From: Proteromonas lacertae
Taxonomy: Eukaryota
DNA length: 34,757 nt
Direction of reading: 5' to 3'
Assembly: GCA_002245135.1 (NCBI GenBank)
Contig: NGBS01000634.1
Location: forward strand, 1-34,757
The notes below the pieces were generated by a model. It ran no database searches, was not told the DNA's origin, and was given only the letters and a program-made list of their open reading frames with translations. A program made the translations under genes and the position numbers. Shown here piece after piece: positions 9,508-22,271 of this stretch (position 1 is the first letter of the stretch; every line of letters starts with the position of its first letter).

Positions 9508-10423
9508 TTAATGATAAGATCTTCTACCTTCATATCGATCATCTCTTCTATCTCTTCTACTGTCATATCTATCACTACTATGATGGCTTCTTCGACTATA
9601 ATATCTATCATCATCTCTTCTTCTTCCACTTCTGCTTCTACTACGACTTCTACTGCGACTTCTTGATCTACGATATCTATCATCACGACGATCATCTCTT
9701 CTATCATACCTACGTTTGTAATCTCTGTTATCTCTTCTGAACCTATCATCTCGTGGATCAAATCTTCCTCCTCGTCTTACTTTATTAGGTCCAAGGTCTG
9801 TTTTTGACATATAAAAATTAGAAAATTATAATAAAATAATAAATTTTGAAAAAAATCTGGAAAATGAGAAGAGAATTTAGTAAAAAAAAGATCTGAATAT
9901 TTGTGTTTTTGTAAATGTATGTGTATATGTATTTATATGAAACTGAGATTGAATATATAATGAATTTGAAAGTGATAATTTGAATTATAAGAATAGTTTG
10001 ACATACAGACTCCAGGTGTTGGATTATATGGTTTTGATCGTTTTGAAAGTTCTACTGTCAATGTTCTGCCATGAAATTCTTTACCATTCATTTCTTCTAT
10101 TGCTTTCTTAGCATCATCTATTTCTTTAAACTGTACAAACGCAAATCCTCTGTATGAAATGAAATTATAATTTTGATTAATACCGATTTAAGTGCAATTC
10201 TGGGTTCATTGTACAATTAACTGATTCTATCTCTCCAAACTTTTCAAAACCTTCTCTAACATCATTTTCATTCAAATGATTCTCTAGCCCACGAACATAC
10301 CTATTAAGTCAAAAAATATACGAAATACAAACAGTTTCCTTTGTTGGCTTCTTCTTCGGAAGGTTCTGTAATTTTTTCAGGTTTTGGTTTTGGTGAAGAA
10401 CTTCTTGATCTAGATCTTGACAT
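9508..10423 (-). CDS. TRA2: Transformer-2-like SR splicing factor (RS-RRM-RS)
   Basis: Introns 10301-10328, 10150-10183 and 9798-10006. The spliced protein has MSRSRSRSSSP, RNP2 LYVRGL, RNP1 RGFAFVQF, the Tra2 linker motif PTPGVYLG and an RD/RS-rich tail. Confidence 0.85.
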
Positions 10424-10513
10424 TTATTTAAAATAGAAAAATGAGAAAAAATAAAATAAATTCTATTTATTTTAGAACTATTTATTACACTTAACATTGA
10501 AATAATTTAAAAT

Positions 10514-11176
10514 ATGTTTTATTTAGTATTGTAATTGCATTTATCTAATAGGCTTCGTTGACTCATACAGTAAATCTTGCTCCAAAATACTTGGGTAGGA
10601 ATTTGACTGCATATTTGAAGGATTTGTTGATGAAGTCAATAGAAGGTAGATATATAGGCAAAAAAGGATTTGTTGTTCGTGTTATTAATGTAGATAATAG
10701 TATTAGTTCAAGTTCTGGAAGAATTGACCCAGATTCTGGTGAAGTGTTGTTTAATATAAAATATGAAGCTATATTATTCCGTGTATTTGAAAATGAGGTA
10801 ATAGAAGGTAGAGTAACAATTGTAAGTAACTATGGTATACACTGTGAAGCTGGTCCTTTAAAAAGCATATTTATATCACACAAAGTATATTTTTTAATCA
10901 ATTAATAAACTGTAGGGTATGGCTGATAATCAGAATTATGATCCAAATAAGCAAAGATGGAATTTATACCAAGGAACAGAAGATGAAGTGATTATTGAAA
11001 GAGGTACTAAACTACGATTTAGAATAATATCAACTAATTTTAGACCTGATGATATGGGAGCTGTAGCTACCATCAATGATCATTATCTAGGTTCAATTGA
11101 TGAAGATACAACTGCAGATCATGATGCAGCAGGTACTACTGATTTAAATGCAGAAATACCTTCTTCTCTTATATAA
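10514..11176 (+). CDS. RPB7: RNA polymerase II subunit RPB7
   Basis: MFYL-(intron 10526-10551)-ASLTHTVNLAPKYLG...YEAILFRVFENEVIEGRVT...EAGPLKSIFISHK-(intron 10885-10915)-GMAD...ATINDHYLG. Confidence 0.93.
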
Positions 11177-11332
11177 TTTTTCCTTAAATTTGTATGTATT
11201 TTTAATAAAGTTTTGTTTTTTATGTAAATTCAAATATATATATATATATATAGGTATTTTATTAAAATTAAATGAATTTATTATTATTATAACAACAACT
11301 GGATTATTTTTAAAAAAGACTATCACTATGAA

Positions 11333-12415
11333 TTATATATATGTTGTAGAATTATTCTTCTCCTGTTCAGCTCTTAATATAGCTTCCTTCAGCATATTCA
11401 ATACTTCTTCTACATCCTTTGTAGATGGATGTTCTTTACCTAATTGTGTTGTATATACAGAATGAGCTTCTTGAATCATTTGATAAGCTGTTTCTGTGTC
11501 ACCAATAAATATATATAATAAACTCAATGTATATTTTGCTTCTCCACTTGCTATATGGTTTGGACCTAAGTAATTTACTCTAGTTTGAAGAATCTGCTTT
11601 AACATCTCTAATGCTTCAGCTAATTGTGCTTCTGTTAGTGTTTCTGCAGCGTCTGATTTATTTCTCATTCCAGCTAAGTATTTATACCACACATCAACCA
11701 CTTTATCTAGAAATGCAAGTGCTTGTTCTAGTTTATTCTGTGATAAGAAAATATTAGCCATTAAATAATATCCTCCTGCAGTTAAGACATGCTCAGGACC
11801 CATATCTAAGGAAGCATAGTAAATATCTTCTGATAGGTTTGTCAAAGCTTGCTCATATTTCTTTTGTGCTGTATATAATTTACCAAAGTTACGATATAAT
11901 TGTGATTTGATTAAATTTGAACAGTCTGGATGCTTTAAAACACTCCAATTTGCTAATGATAAAAATTCTTCAGCTTGTTGGAATTTGCCTAACCCCAAAT
12001 GAGCTTCTGCTAATAATAAATATGGAGGAACTAATCCTATATTACCTTCTCCAAATACTTCGACTGAAAATCTTAAAGCTTGCAAAGCACCAGGAATTGC
12101 TAATTCATAATTGCCTTTTACTAAGAATTTTGATGATTCGTTTTTAGTAAGATCAATTAAAGCTCTACGACTCATATCTAAAGTATATCTTCTTCTTGCT
12201 CTTTCTTCTTCTGAACCAATGACTGCAGGAGGTGTTCGAAGTGGTCCAAGCAACATACATATTTTGTCATGAATACCTTTTGCATCAATATTCTTGTGTT
12301 CTTTAGAACAATAAAAAGTTACATTACACTTTTCACATTTCAATAATGCAGTCCTTCCACACATCTCACATAAATATTTAACACCTTTCGGATTGGATAA
12401 TGGATTTATTGACAT
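11333..12415 (-). CDS. ZMYND12: ZMYND12 / inner dynein arm p38-like MYND + TPR protein
   Basis: MSINPLSNPKGVKYLCEMC..CEKC..YCSKEH..IHDKICMLLGPLR..GSEEER..ALQALRF..LVPPYLLLAEAHLGLG..QAEEFL..RNFGKLY closely follows the ZMYND12 pattern; 360 aa, intronless. Confidence 0.92.
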   Translation of the reverse strand: MSINPLSNPKGVKYLCEMCGRTALLKCEKCNVTFYCSKEHKNIDAKGIHDKICMLLGPLRTPPAVIGSEEERARRRYTLDMSRRALIDLTKNESSKFLVKGNYELAIPGALQALRFSVEVFGEGNIGLVPPYLLLAEAHLGLGKFQQAEEFLSLANWSVLKHPDCSNLIKSQLYRNFGKLYTAQKKYEQALTNLSEDIYYASLDMGPEHVLTAGGYYLMANIFLSQNKLEQALAFLDKVVDVWYKYLAGMRNKSDAAETLTEAQLAEALEMLKQILQTRVNYLGPNHIASGEAKYTLSLLYIFIGDTETAYQMIQEAHSVYTTQLGKEHPSTKDVEEVLNMLKEAILRAEQEKNNSTTYI

Positions 12416-12728
12416 TAAAAATTTAAAAATAAAAAATAAAAACGGAAAAATGGCTTGTCTTTTCAAGCTTTGAACATAATACATATGTTTGTTGTACATC
12501 ATTGTGTGTATAGTAATCCTTTGATAATTAAACCAAAAAACCAACTATACAGATCAATCAAGTGGTCAATTATCATTAAAGGTATTTTTCTCACTCTATA
12601 AATAACATTGTAATCTATAATATCCAGTTCTTGTCTTGCTTCACAGTTGGCTATTTAAATATTATATATTTTATCTACTCAAAAGCAATCATTCACTTTT
12701 TATTTGAAAATATACTATTTTTTAATAG

Positions 12729-13184
12729 ATGGCAAAGGTTAGTCCCTTAAATAAAGTACCAGTTGTTCATAAGAAGACAAAGAGATTCTTCAGATATCAT
12801 TCTGACAGATGGGCCAGATTAAGTGTATAAAAATAAAAATATAATTATCTATAGCCATCATGGAGAAAACCACGTGGTATTGATTGTCCAATGAGAAGAC
12901 AATTCAGAGGTAAAGAAACAATGGTCAGAATTGGTTATGGTTCAAATAAGAAAACCCGTTTCACTTTACCAAATGGATTAAAGAAATTCGTTGTACACAA
13001 TTTACAAGATGTAGATCTCCTCCTTATGCACAATCGTATATATTGTGCTGAAATCGCTCACAACGTATCTGGTCGTTTACGAAAAGCTATTATTGATCGT
13101 GCTGAAGCACTCAACATTGTAGTAACCAACGGAAAAGCTCGTTTACGTACTGCTGAAAGTGAAGCTGCACCTGCAGAGAATTAA
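12729..13184 (+). CDS. RPL32: 60S ribosomal protein eL32
   Basis: [32 protein letters not shown](intron 12825-12854)[36 protein letters not shown]. There is an AG acceptor immediately before the ATG, suggesting a 5'UTR intron. Confidence 0.97.
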
Positions 13185-13282
13185 AGTAGAAATAAATGAA
13201 TAAATATCACACGGACCACTTTTTAATGTTTGTACTTTTGTTTTGGTTGTATAAAAATAAAAACACAATATTAAAATAATAA

Positions 13283-16061
13283 TTAGATTATTCTTTTTAA
13301 TTCATTATCTATTTCTCTTAAAAGATCTATCATTTCTAGTGAAAGCAGTGCAATATTGTTATTAGACGATATAATACCATGAATTAAACTATGTAGTTGA
13401 CTGAAATAACCTTCATTATCTTGATGATTATTGATTTTCGAATTAATAATACTGTCATAACACTTTTTAAACCCCCATTTCAATAAAGTCATTTCTATTT
13501 TAGATATTATCTCTAAATCTCCATCAATTAACAATGTCAACATTATTCTAATCATTTCTGGACCAATTGAAATAATTCCATTCATTATTACACTTCTAAC
13601 ATAATTATTTTTATCTCTCAACACTCCTTCAATTAATAAATATTCGCCTACTTCACCAAATCTTAGAATAGAATAAACAGATGCTTTTTGAATTATTTCT
13701 TTTGAATTTTTCAGCTTCTTATAAAAAATAGGAAGTAAATTCTTTGGATTTAATAATGGTGATATAGTGCAATTTAATTCCTTACAATTATAACATAAAT
13801 TAGATAAAGAAATCATAGCATTAGCTTGTATATATATATCATAATCTTCAACAGCTAATAATAACAAATTAATGATTTTATCTATAGAGTTATTTTGAAT
13901 TGGAATATGTGAAAATGATGTTATAATACTCACTCTTATTTGGCTTCCATAAGTTTTATTCTTTTCCATTTCTATTAATGTATTGATACATTCTTCATTT
14001 CCATTAATTAAGATTTCACAAAATAATTGTGGCTTTAGTTTATTCTTTTTCATTGTATTTATTAATATATTTATTATATCATTATTAAACATATAACTCC
14101 ATGAACTAAGTAATACACTTGCACTGAATCTAACTGACCAATTAGAATCATTCAAATATTGTAAAGTTAAAGGTAATAAAGATGGTTGTAATTGTAAAAC
14201 ATTTTTACCCATCAAACTGATTGTTTTTAAAGCGATTGAATGAAGTGGAGATATTTCTTTTATTTTCTTTGGATTTTTCTTGATTTTTCCATCTTTTTCT
14301 TCATCTGTGAGTAGTTTAATTATATGTGGTAATGCAGATAATGCATTTTCTTTATAATTTCCTATTGCTATACATGATACTATCTTTACATTTATAGAAT
14401 TATCAAGCAAAGCTTGACATAATAAATCCAAACAATAACTGCTTGGTACATTCTCTAAACTATCATTATTATTTTCATAATTATTATTTAGTGTAATATT
14501 ATTATTATTATTATAGTTTAACTGTAATATAGGCGTTTCAATTAATTTTTCCGCCCATTCAATTTCAGATAAATATCGATTTCTACAATCTATTTCCAAA
14601 GGAGTGTACATACCAAAATATGATTTTATTCTTGATTCATCTGTATTAATAATAGATAATGAATTTGATATTTTATAACTATCACTATCTTTATCTATTT
14701 CTTTATTATATGAATTTAATATCAATTGAGTGTTCACATCACTTGTGTTGATTATGTTATATTTATTATTTATATTTAATATTTCATTATTATTGTTGAA
14801 TATTGGATTAATATCATAATATCTATATAATTTATTCATAAAATGAGATATATCAATTTCTATACTAACATTCGGTAAATCTATATCACTTAATTTACTT
14901 GAATTAGTTTTCTTACATTTAATCATTGAATAGAACTCTGAATGGGTTACTTCTATTCTTTTTAATTTAATTATTTCATTCATAAAATTATTATTATTAT
15001 AATTTTGTACTGATATACCTAATGCCCAAGCAGCGCTCGATCTAATTTGCTCGAATTTATTATTCATTAAAATATCGCCTAATACCCTTTCACCAACATA
15101 ACCAGTCATTCTAATTGCCCAACAACCAACAGTAAATGGAATCCAACCACCTTCTAATGCTTCTCTTAAGTCTTGAAGGACAACTTTTGCTTTTGAACCA
15201 AATGAACCAATAGCTAGTGTTGTATAGATTCTATCTTGAAGATTATCACTTGTTAATGATTCTGTGAGACATGGTAATATGATTTTCTTTTGAACTTCAT
15301 CTTTGGATGTAAAATATTTTAATATTATTATTTCACTTTCTTCATAACCATTACTACATTGATTTAATAAATAAGATATTCCATTTGTACCAAATGAATA
15401 ATAGAAATCTAATAATTGATTTTGTAATGAAGATGAAATTTTATTTATTGTTTTTAATATGGGTAAATATGATGGTAATAGAATATTTGAATCTGGTGAT
15501 AATAATAATGATAATTGTAACAATAAATGAATTGTTGGTTCTGATAAGATCGTTACTTTTTGTAAAACCATTTCTATAGATGAGAGTATTTCATTTCTTA
15601 ATTCATTTTCAATACATTCGTTTTGGTATTTTGCTATACATTTCTATTCATTATATTTACATACATAATATATACATTTAAAGCCACTTGTAAATCAATT
15701 TCTGGAGTAAAAGGATGGATTACTGAGAAAAAATTATGAATTGTTGAATTCGTTATTTCTTTTTTACTATCATAAGTATAGAAACACTTCATATAAATAC
15801 TCAAACATGTGTGATATTGATTTATTTTGTAAAGAAGGTGTTGATATTATTGTATTGGTAGATAATGGTTTTAATGGAGTTGGATACATACTGTTGGACA
15901 AATCATTCTTAAATGTACTATTCAACAAGTCGTCTGAGTTGTATTTTCTTAATACTACTGGAGTTTTTAGTATTACATCCAACATATCATCTATAGCAAT
16001 AGACAGTGATAGTTATACCAACTGGATCACTTAAATTAGTTGATGGTTCGCTAGATTTCAT
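13283..16061 (-). CDS. HEAT-repeat (PBS-lyase/HEATR4-like) protein
   Basis: Three short introns join ATG 16061 (MKSSEPSTNLSDPVDDML) to ORF 13283-15571. HEAT-like units include IRSSAAWALG, ALLDNSINVKIVSCIAIG, LNDSNWSVRFSASVLL and LRDKNNYVRS. Confidence 0.75.
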
Positions 16062-16140
16062 TTCTTTTAATAAAAACTAACCGTTATTTTTCAAAATATT
16101 TTCTTCTCTATCTCAACAAATAAAACAAAAAACATATATA

Positions 16141-17494
16141 TTAAATGTTAATATCATTCAGATGTGATGATACTTTTTGATCTGCTTCCATTACATTATA
16201 AATATATTCTGGATTAGGTAATTCCTCCAAATTGGGTAAGATAGACATATCCAAATTATTAGCTCTAGCATACTGATGATATAAATAAATGCACTCAACA
16301 AATACACTGTTACAATTCCTACCTTCATTCTGTTCTACAGGTTTTTCACTGTTATTGAGTTTCTGCAAATACATATGAACATCATTGAACTTAGGAACTA
16401 ATACCTTTTGTATAGCCATTGGCCCAAACACTCTAATTCCTAATAATGCGCCATAGAGTGGTCCTGACTTGTATTCTTTATCTGTAGCATTACCATTATC
16501 TATAATATGTTTAAATGTATTTATTGTTCTGGTTTCTAAATCAGGATAGACACTTTTGTATTGATTACAGATTAAAAATAGTAGATTAACGGATAGTTTT
16601 CTTAATTCAAAATGATTTTCTTCATTATTGCTAGTCAATTTCTTTCCTAAAGCAACTGATAATACAGTTGGTAGTAGTTGATGTAAATAACTATTTAAAT
16701 TATTATTTGGATTAACAATAAACGAATGAATCGTTCGTATATAATTATTCAACTGTTTAAACATCTCATTTGGCTTATCTTTCATCGCCATTAGTGATCT
16801 TACTTCATTGCTGATATATTGTATGAAATAGGGTATTAATTGATTATAACCACCTTCTTTAGCTAAATTATTAATCACATGATCAACTACTTCTTCAGTA
16901 TCACCTTTAAGTACACTAATTATCTTTGAATAATATGTTTGAAGCTCTTTCGAAATTGTATGAGTTGAACCATCATGGTAATTGTGTTTCTGAAGATATA
17001 GGCGTTACTTCTGTGTTAGGATTTTCAGGTATATTGGGTTGAACTCCATTAATAGCTAAGCCAATGTGCATGATAGGTTATTTCGTAAGGTATTTCAGGT
17101 AATGGTTCGTTTAATAAATCATCAATTTTGAGTTCTTTGTCTATAGGAACGAAATATGTGTTACCGTTTTCTCTTGATTCTTCTAATTTGTAATTTAGTG
17201 ACTCAGGGGATAGATGGCCGTATATTGACTATTTAATATATTATTTATTTATTCTTACTCTCACATTTCTTAGTTTCAATGCATTCATAACATCTTCATT
17301 TATTAATTTTGATCTTTTAGCATGCCTCATAAATTTAGTAGAATCCTATGAGTAATAAGTGTTGATTATACTTCTATTATCTCTCTCATCAGAAACTCCA
17401 CATCTTTACCTATCTGTCCATAGACATCGTCTGTAAAATTGTATTTTCGATAATCATCAAATGATTTGATCGTCTCTGCTGTAATTAAATCCAT
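16141..17494 (-). CDS. TAF6: TFIID subunit TAF6 (two apparent +1 frame breaks near 17060 and 16980)
   Basis: Histone fold DVEFLMREIIE-DSTKFMRHAKRSKL..EDVMNALKLRNV, then HAHW-LAINGVQPNIPENP, HTISKELQTYY, QLIPYFIQYI, YLHQLLPTVLS, HFELR and LYGALLG; two short introns. Confidence 0.9.
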
Positions 17495-17562
17495 TTTAAA
17501 TTTTATAATGAAAAAAAAGTTTGAGAAAAGCTTGAACATCATTTTTTTATTTTTAAAAATTG
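17495..17562. promoter_or_regulatory. 68-bp bidirectional promoter region between TAF6 and the TFIIB/BRF-like gene
   Basis: Divergent ATGs at 17494 (-) and 17563 (+). Confidence 0.6.
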
Positions 17563-18916
17563 ATGGACAAATACTGTGAGAAATGTAAAGAAAATAGTTT
17601 AGATAGTGATTATATATGCACACTTTGTGGAAGAGATTATTCAGATGGACTAATAGATGCTACTCAACAATATACTGTTAACAATAATGGTTATTCTATT
17701 CAAGAAGGTACTCACGTTAGTTACTATAGTATTGGAACAAAAAGATATAATTCAGATCAGAAACTAGCAAGACAACTGGTATTTATTAATTATATATTAA
17801 TTATGTAATTATTATAGTTGAAATGTTGTGAACTACTAAAACAATTTCCATTTATAGAAGGCACAAAAGCAAACAACGTCAAAAGCCTAATATCTAATTG
17901 GGTTAATAGAAGGCTACTAAATAAAAATCACACAAAAGTATTAGTTACAGCTGCAGTGCATGTCCATTATGATGCAATTGATATAAAAACAGTCAGTAGT
18001 TTCTTAAACGTTCAACCAATGGAAGTTGTTAAATTTTTAAAAAATGACAATGTAAATAACTCAAATTTTTCACTACGACATCCACTGACTGTAAACGATT
18101 ATCTCAAAAAAGGATTACTAAAACTGACATCTAACACTTTTCCTCTAATAAATGAACTATTAGAAGAATGTAAAAAGTTATTTAATATTTTAAATGAAAT
18201 GGATTATTGTGAAGGTAAAAACCCGAATATTATAGCTACTGCAATTAACTAGAATTATATGTTGTACAAATGTGAAAGGTAAAATGTTTAAAATAGCTGA
18301 TATTCTATCTGCATTTGATTGTAATTATAAAAATGTAAGAATTCGTTATTGTGATATTATTCAAAATTTAAGGAAATTATTACTTCATTTACCTTGGTAT
18401 AAACCTGATTGTAGTGAAAATGATGTATTAAAAGAGATTCCTTATATTATTAAGAATGGAACTACACTTGTGAAAGTATATCAACTTTCACTAACTCCCA
18501 CTAAAGACAATAATGAGAATGAGAATTCAAATAGCGTCAATATAAACACAGAAACATCAGCAGTTAAACCATTATCACTAAATGAAGATGTAGTTACAGT
18601 AGTTACACCAGTAAGAAATCCAGTTGATGTTGATAATTCAATTCAATCTACTGATATGTCTATTTTGAATAGCAAATCACTAGATATTTCTAAGAATTAT
18701 AGTATTAGTGAAACAAATATACTGCCTCAAAGTGAATCTATGGAAATATCAATATCACAAACAAAGACTCCTTCTACATCAGAATCTAAGAAACATAAAT
18801 TAGTTAGAGAGACACCAACACCACGGCTGTCAAAGAAGACTTGTATAAGAAAAGAATTGAAAAATAACAGCAGAAGAGAAGAAGAGAAAGTCTGTTCAAA
18901 GGAGAAGATCGAATAA
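17563..18916 (+). CDS. TFIIB-family factor (BRF-like): Zn ribbon + cyclin-fold repeats, divergent; +1 frame break near 18248
   Basis: CEKC-x-ICTLCG ribbon; intron 17779-17817; EGKNPNIIATAI resembles the TFIIB repeat-2 GxxPxxIAAA motif; NVRIRYCDI helix; low-complexity tail. The true stop may be 18956 if another indel is present. Confidence 0.65.
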
Positions 18917-19175
18917 AGGAATACTAACATCTGAAAGGAAAAAGATTGATAAATAATAGTTAATTATTGAGAATCTGTTTGTGATTCTATCATCTTCATG
19001 AATAATTCGTAGAGATAGATACATCTATGATATTATCTCCATAAATTCTCAAAAATTCTTTGCGTTGCATGCATTTCTAAGTCAAAAATACCCCTCAAAG
19101 TCAAACGACAGAAAATAAAGATCTTTCTTTATTTCTTTTTATTCTCACTACCTATTCAACCAGTTTTAACCAAAC

Positions 19176-21702
19176 ATGCCAGAATACAATCATCAAACTC
19201 ATATCCTTATACGTTTTAAGCTCACTCATTCTGTTGGCAACGGAGAGGTATTTTCGCTATCTGTTTATTATATGTTAATAGTGGCCTTGTGTCTGTGGTT
19301 CTATTCAAGAGATGGGTAAATGGGATCAAAATTTGGCTCCTGGCTTAGCAGAATGTGGATGTAATACATATCAAGTAGAAATCGCTGTGCCAAAGGGTGT
19401 AGAATTTGAGTATAAATATTTAATGAAAAACCATGAAGGTCACACCTGGTGGGAGTTAGGTGATAATCGAAAATTCAATGTAAAAGACTTTACCCCTCAA
19501 AACTGTAATGATGACTTTGTGATTGAAAAACTCGATGATTGGGTAGAGACTGATGGAACAGGAGTTCTTCGTGGAGATCCTTGGTTAAGAGGAGTGATTC
19601 CAGGCTTAAGACATCGATGGGATGTATATAATATGCATCGTGACAAAATAATTGAAGTAGCTGGTAGTTTACAAAAGTTCGCTGAAGGTTATAATTATTA
19701 TGGATTTACTCGAGGTTCATGTGAAGTATATATATAATTTATTTTATTAATATTATTAATAGGGTAAAGGAGAAGGTATATGGTACAGAGAATGGGCTCC
19801 AAATGCCAAAGAAATGAGTTTAATTGGTGAATTCAACAATTGGGATGTAAATGCAACTCCCTTAAAAAGAGATGATTTTGGATGGTTTGAAACATTTTTA
19901 CCTGATGTAAATGGTCAATCGGCAATACCTCATGGCTCCTTAATCAAAACAACATTAGTTACAAAGAATGGTGAAAGATTATATCGTATACCAACTTGGA
20001 TTAAAAGAGCAGTTCAAGAAATTGTACCAGAAACAGGTAAACCAAAAAATATATTCACCGGTATGTATTGGTGCCCACCAGAGCCGTATGAGTGGAAAAA
20101 TATCCCCCATTTAACTTTACCTGATCCAAAGCAGAAGGAACATGGTTTAAAGATATATGAAGCTCATATTGGAATGAGTAGTAAAGAAGAGAAAGTAAAT
20201 AGTTATCGTGAATTTGCTGATGATGTTTTACCACGAATTAAGAATTATGGATATAATACAGTTCAATTAATGGCAATAATGGAACATGCATATTATGGAT
20301 CATTCGGTTATCATGTAACTAACTTCTTCGCTGTTTCTAGTCGTTTTGGAACTCCTGAAGATTTGAAATATTTAGTTGATACAGCTCATGGAATGGGTTT
20401 AAGAGTAATAATGGATATGGTCCATAGCCATGCTTGTAAGAATACTGAGGATGGTTTGAACATGTGGGATGGTAGCGATTATCAATATTTCCACAGTGGA
20501 CCAATGGGTAATCATCCAGGTTGGGATTCAAGATTATTTGATTATGGAAAATTTGAAGTTCAAAGATTTTTATTGAGTAATTTAAAATGGTATATTACTG
20601 AATATCATTTTGACGGATTTAGATTTGATGGTGTTACTTCAATGTTATATAAACATCATGGTTTAGGTGGTAGTTTCAGTAGTTATGATGATTATTTCAA
20701 CGACTCAGTTGATATTGATGCAGTATGTTATTTAATGTTAGCAAATGAATTAGTTCATGAATTAATACCACCAGCTATTACAATTGCTGAAGATGTAAGT
20801 GGTATGCCAACCTTATGTAGACCAGTGAAAGAAGGTGGAGTTGGATTTGATTATCGATTAGCTATGGCAATGCCAGATTTATGGATTAAATTATTAAAAT
20901 GTAAAAGTGATGAAGAATGGGCAATGGAAGAAATTGTTTCAACTTTAGAAAATCGAAGATATGGTGAAATGACAGTGGCTTATACTGAAAGTCATGATCA
21001 AGCATTAGTTGGTGATAAAACAATTGCATTTTGGTTAATGGATAAAGAGATGTATGATTTCATGGCAAAGAGCTCACCAGATACTCCAATTATAAGTCGA
21101 GGATTAGCTTTACATAAAATGATTAGATCAATTACCTATGCTTTAGGTGGTGAAGCTTATTTGAACTTTATGGGCAATGAATTTGGACATCCTGAATGGA
21201 TTGATTTCCCAAGAGAAGGTAATGGAAGTAGTTATAAATACTGTAGAAGACAATGGAACTTAGTTGATAATAAAGAGTTGAGATATCACTATTTAAGTGA
21301 TTGGGATGTAGCAATGCATCAATTAGAAGAGAAATGGTGGTTTATGGGTGCTTGGGATACTTATGTTTCAACAAAGAATGAAGGAGATAAAGTTGTTGTT
21401 TTTGAAAAAGGAAAATTGGTTTGGGTTTTTAATTTCAATAGTACAAAAAGCTTTACTGATTATAGAGTTGGTACTCCAAAGATGGGTAAATATATGGTTG
21501 AATTAGATGTATATATTTTATATTTATTTGTTATTTATAGAGTGATGATGTAAAATTTGGTGGTTATGGAAGAGTTGATCATAATATTCCATTAATATCT
21601 GAAGATTGGAAGTTCAATAATCGTCCTTATTCAATGAAAGTGTATACTCCTTGTAGAACTTGTATAATATATCGTCATGTTGATGCAATAATTAATTATT
21701 AA
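19176..21702 (+). CDS. GBE1: 1,4-alpha-glucan branching enzyme (GH13_8) with N-terminal CBM20
   Basis: Introns 19248-19281, 19726-19762 and 21509-21540. CBM20 motifs [20 protein letters not shown] and WELGDNR. GBE motifs [55 protein letters not shown] and [12 protein letters not shown]. Confidence 0.96.
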
Positions 21703-22271
21703 TTGAAGAATAAAAAGAATGTGAATTATATTACCTTTTGAATTGTTTGTTTGTTATAATTATTCTAAATTTAATCAACTATCATCTACATTTCCATATT
21801 TTTAATCCTCATTTATCTGTTTCATTACTATATTTAGAAAATACACCAAGATCAATCTTTATGTATTAATGAATACCTACAATTGGTCACAAGCATCTAA
21901 TGTAATACAATTAAATTATCTATACTCATGTTATTTGCTTATATAACCTTTAAATAAAAGAGATTGAATTTTCAAAACGACTATATTATTGAAACAAATA
22001 CATTTTTGTGATTGTGAATGTATTTTACTTCAAATGTGAAAAATCATTTTAAAAATAGTATAGCAGTGAATGAATAATCATATATAGGAATTTTAACTGG
22101 TATAAAAACAATCTAATAGTATTATATGTTTGTGTAAATAACTACAGTGTAGTGAATTTTAAACATGATTAATACAATGCTATGGTGAAAGACAATAAAA
22201 TGGAGTTGAAATTTAGAATTGAAAAATATGTTCGTTTTAAAATTGGAGTTTTTTTTCACTAAAATATTTGG

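Noticed and set aside
9501..9761. 86-aa ORF (MIHEMIG...)
   Set aside because: Alternative frame of the repetitive RS/RD region of TRA2.
12582..12728. Intronic snoRNA in the longer RPL32/RPL18A/14-3-3 introns
   Set aside because: No convincing C/D boxes or H/ACA two-hairpin structure visible.
16990..17008. 19-nt GT..AG intron that would repair the second TAF6 frame break
   Set aside because: It is shorter and GC-richer than all other introns here; a one-base insertion error is more parsimonious.
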